The position numbers and the translations under genes were made by a program. The notes under the pieces are model-generated. The model was not told the origin of the DNA and made no database searches. It was given only the letters and a program-made list of their open reading frames with translations. 64,000 bases of DNA from positions 49,222,011-49,286,010 of the forward strand of contig NC_068984.1 of NCBI RefSeq assembly GCF_001194135.2, read 5' to 3'. Shown here in pieces: positions 62,312-64,000 of this stretch. Position 1 is the stretch's first letter. Each line of letters begins with the position of its first letter. The DNA is from Octopus bimaculoides. Taxonomy: Eukaryota.

Positions 62312-62793
62312 TACTTATGATGGTGTAATTAAATATTTTAAAATCAATCTCTCTAATATTAGCCTTTCCAAAGCATACTAAAACTATAACTTCACTTGAA
62401 CATTTATTATTTGCTGTACAAATTTTCATGGCATCAAATGCGATCTAATCACATTTGATGCCATGGATTGTCTTAAGAAACCATAAGATAACATTGAATT
62501 TCTAAGGGAAACTGAATTCTTGGCGATGTATATATTCAAGTACAAAACAATGCATGAAGACCCAGGTATGTATCACAGATGTTTCATATTCATCACCCCG
62601 CAGCAAACATGGACTATCACAAGAACTGTATCATCCAATTTGTCATATTTTATACGAGACCATAATAAATAGATATACTAGTTCCATTTCCATCTGCAAC
62701 AAGGCTATTCGTTTGTTTATATAGTTACAACTACAAGTAAGCATCTATCTATCTATCTATCTGTATCTCTCTCTCTCTCTCTCTCACTCTCTC

Positions 62794-62880
<87 letters not shown>

Positions 62881-63199
62881 CACATGCAAATATCGTTAGT
62901 TAGAATAGACAGGAGTATTTGTGAATGTATTACCACTATTGTCTTGTTGCAGATGGAATTAATATACATATTAAATATATTTCTGATATATGAATATTTA
63001 GCAGAAGCAGTAGAGTGATCAAAATTTTCGTGCGCCAGCACTTATGAAGCTGAACCTGGAACCATGTGTTTGGGGAGCACGCTTCTTACTACTCACCCAT
63101 ATATATATATATATATATGTAAGCATGTATTATGTATATATGTATGTATTATATATGCACGTATATATGTATGTGTGTATGCATGCATGTATGTATGTA

Positions 63200-64000
63200 C
63201 GTGAGTTAAAAGTTCAGAGGTTGACTATGAAGGAGTGATGGTATAACTGTGAGACTGTGCATCAATTTCAATTCCTCTCACTGTTTCTTTCCACGTAAAC
63301 TAACATCTAACCACTCAAAGAACACTCCAAAAGTAACTAGTCAAAAAAATTACCAAGAGCAGATATAGCGTCATCATCACTGCGGTACTAGTTCCCAGTC
63401 AAGTGTTGTTCATATCGCGGGACAGATTATAGTCAGATGGGACCAATTCTGGAGAATAGCGACCGTGATCAACCAGTTCAAAAACACAGTCAAACACACC
63501 AGTCATTGAAACGAAGGACTCGAGTGCTGGAGCATTGTCCTAATGAAACAAGAACCCTTTCCCCAATTTTCCTGACTGTTTGCCAGTGATAGCCTTCCGA
63601 ACTGCCTCAGAATGTTAGCGTAGTACTCACCATTGATGTCGTGGCTCTTTTGAAGATAGTCAAAAGACACAATACCTTTTGCATTCCAAAAATCTGAAGC
63701 TGTCACCATCCTTGCAGATGAAACAACCTTCGCCATCGTTGGCGCAGGTGAGCAAGAATGTTTCACCTGAACGGGTTGTCTCTTTGTCTCTAGCTCAAAG
63801 TGATGAACGCAACACTCATTCCGGTTTCAGAAACGTTCGAGGAAACCAGTTCGATCTGCCTCAAACAATATCAGATTTTCCCGTGATGTAATCAGCCTGG
63901 TGCGCTTTTGATCAGGTGTAGCACCCGCCGAGCAGAACCTTTTGTCATGCGAAATTCATTCAGCAGAATATTGTCAACTCTCTCATGAGAAAATCCTCGA
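63200..64000 (-). mobile_element. mariner transposase fragment running off the window
   Basis: AKVVSSARMVTASDFWNAKGIVSFDYLQK..INGEYYANILRQ; QDNAPAL remnant; TIR-like end CGTGAGTTAAAAGTTC. Confidence 0.88.

Overview
AT-rich eukaryotic, repeat-saturated DNA with five N gaps beside microsatellites. The SINE families and microsatellite density point to a coleoid cephalopod, most likely Octopus (inference from recalled repeat families, not a database result). I found no host protein-coding gene that I can support; nearly all listed ORFs are low-complexity, gap-spanning or transposon-derived. The window is a layered transposon graveyard. Retroelements: R4/Dong-like RLE non-LTR elements sitting in (TAA)n tracts (one near-full-length copy and a co-oriented train of several subfamilies), Penelope-like pieces with hammerhead-ribozyme motifs, RTE and Tx1 LINE pieces, and at least four tRNA-derived SINE types. 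DNA elements: Tc1, mariner, maT, rosa-like, Tigger, Chapaev3-like and Helitron remnants, plus several foldback/MITE elements. The best leads are (1) the TAA-microsatellite 'landing-pad' train with a fixed-ended ~520-540 bp non-coding passenger element, (2) a MITE-like element carrying a tRNA-like cassette, present as an inverted pair, (3) two divergent hammerhead motifs, and (4) a CpG-rich promoter-like island with a perfect RFX X-box. All family assignments come from manual translation and motif recognition; boundaries are approximate unless TIRs or tails fix them.
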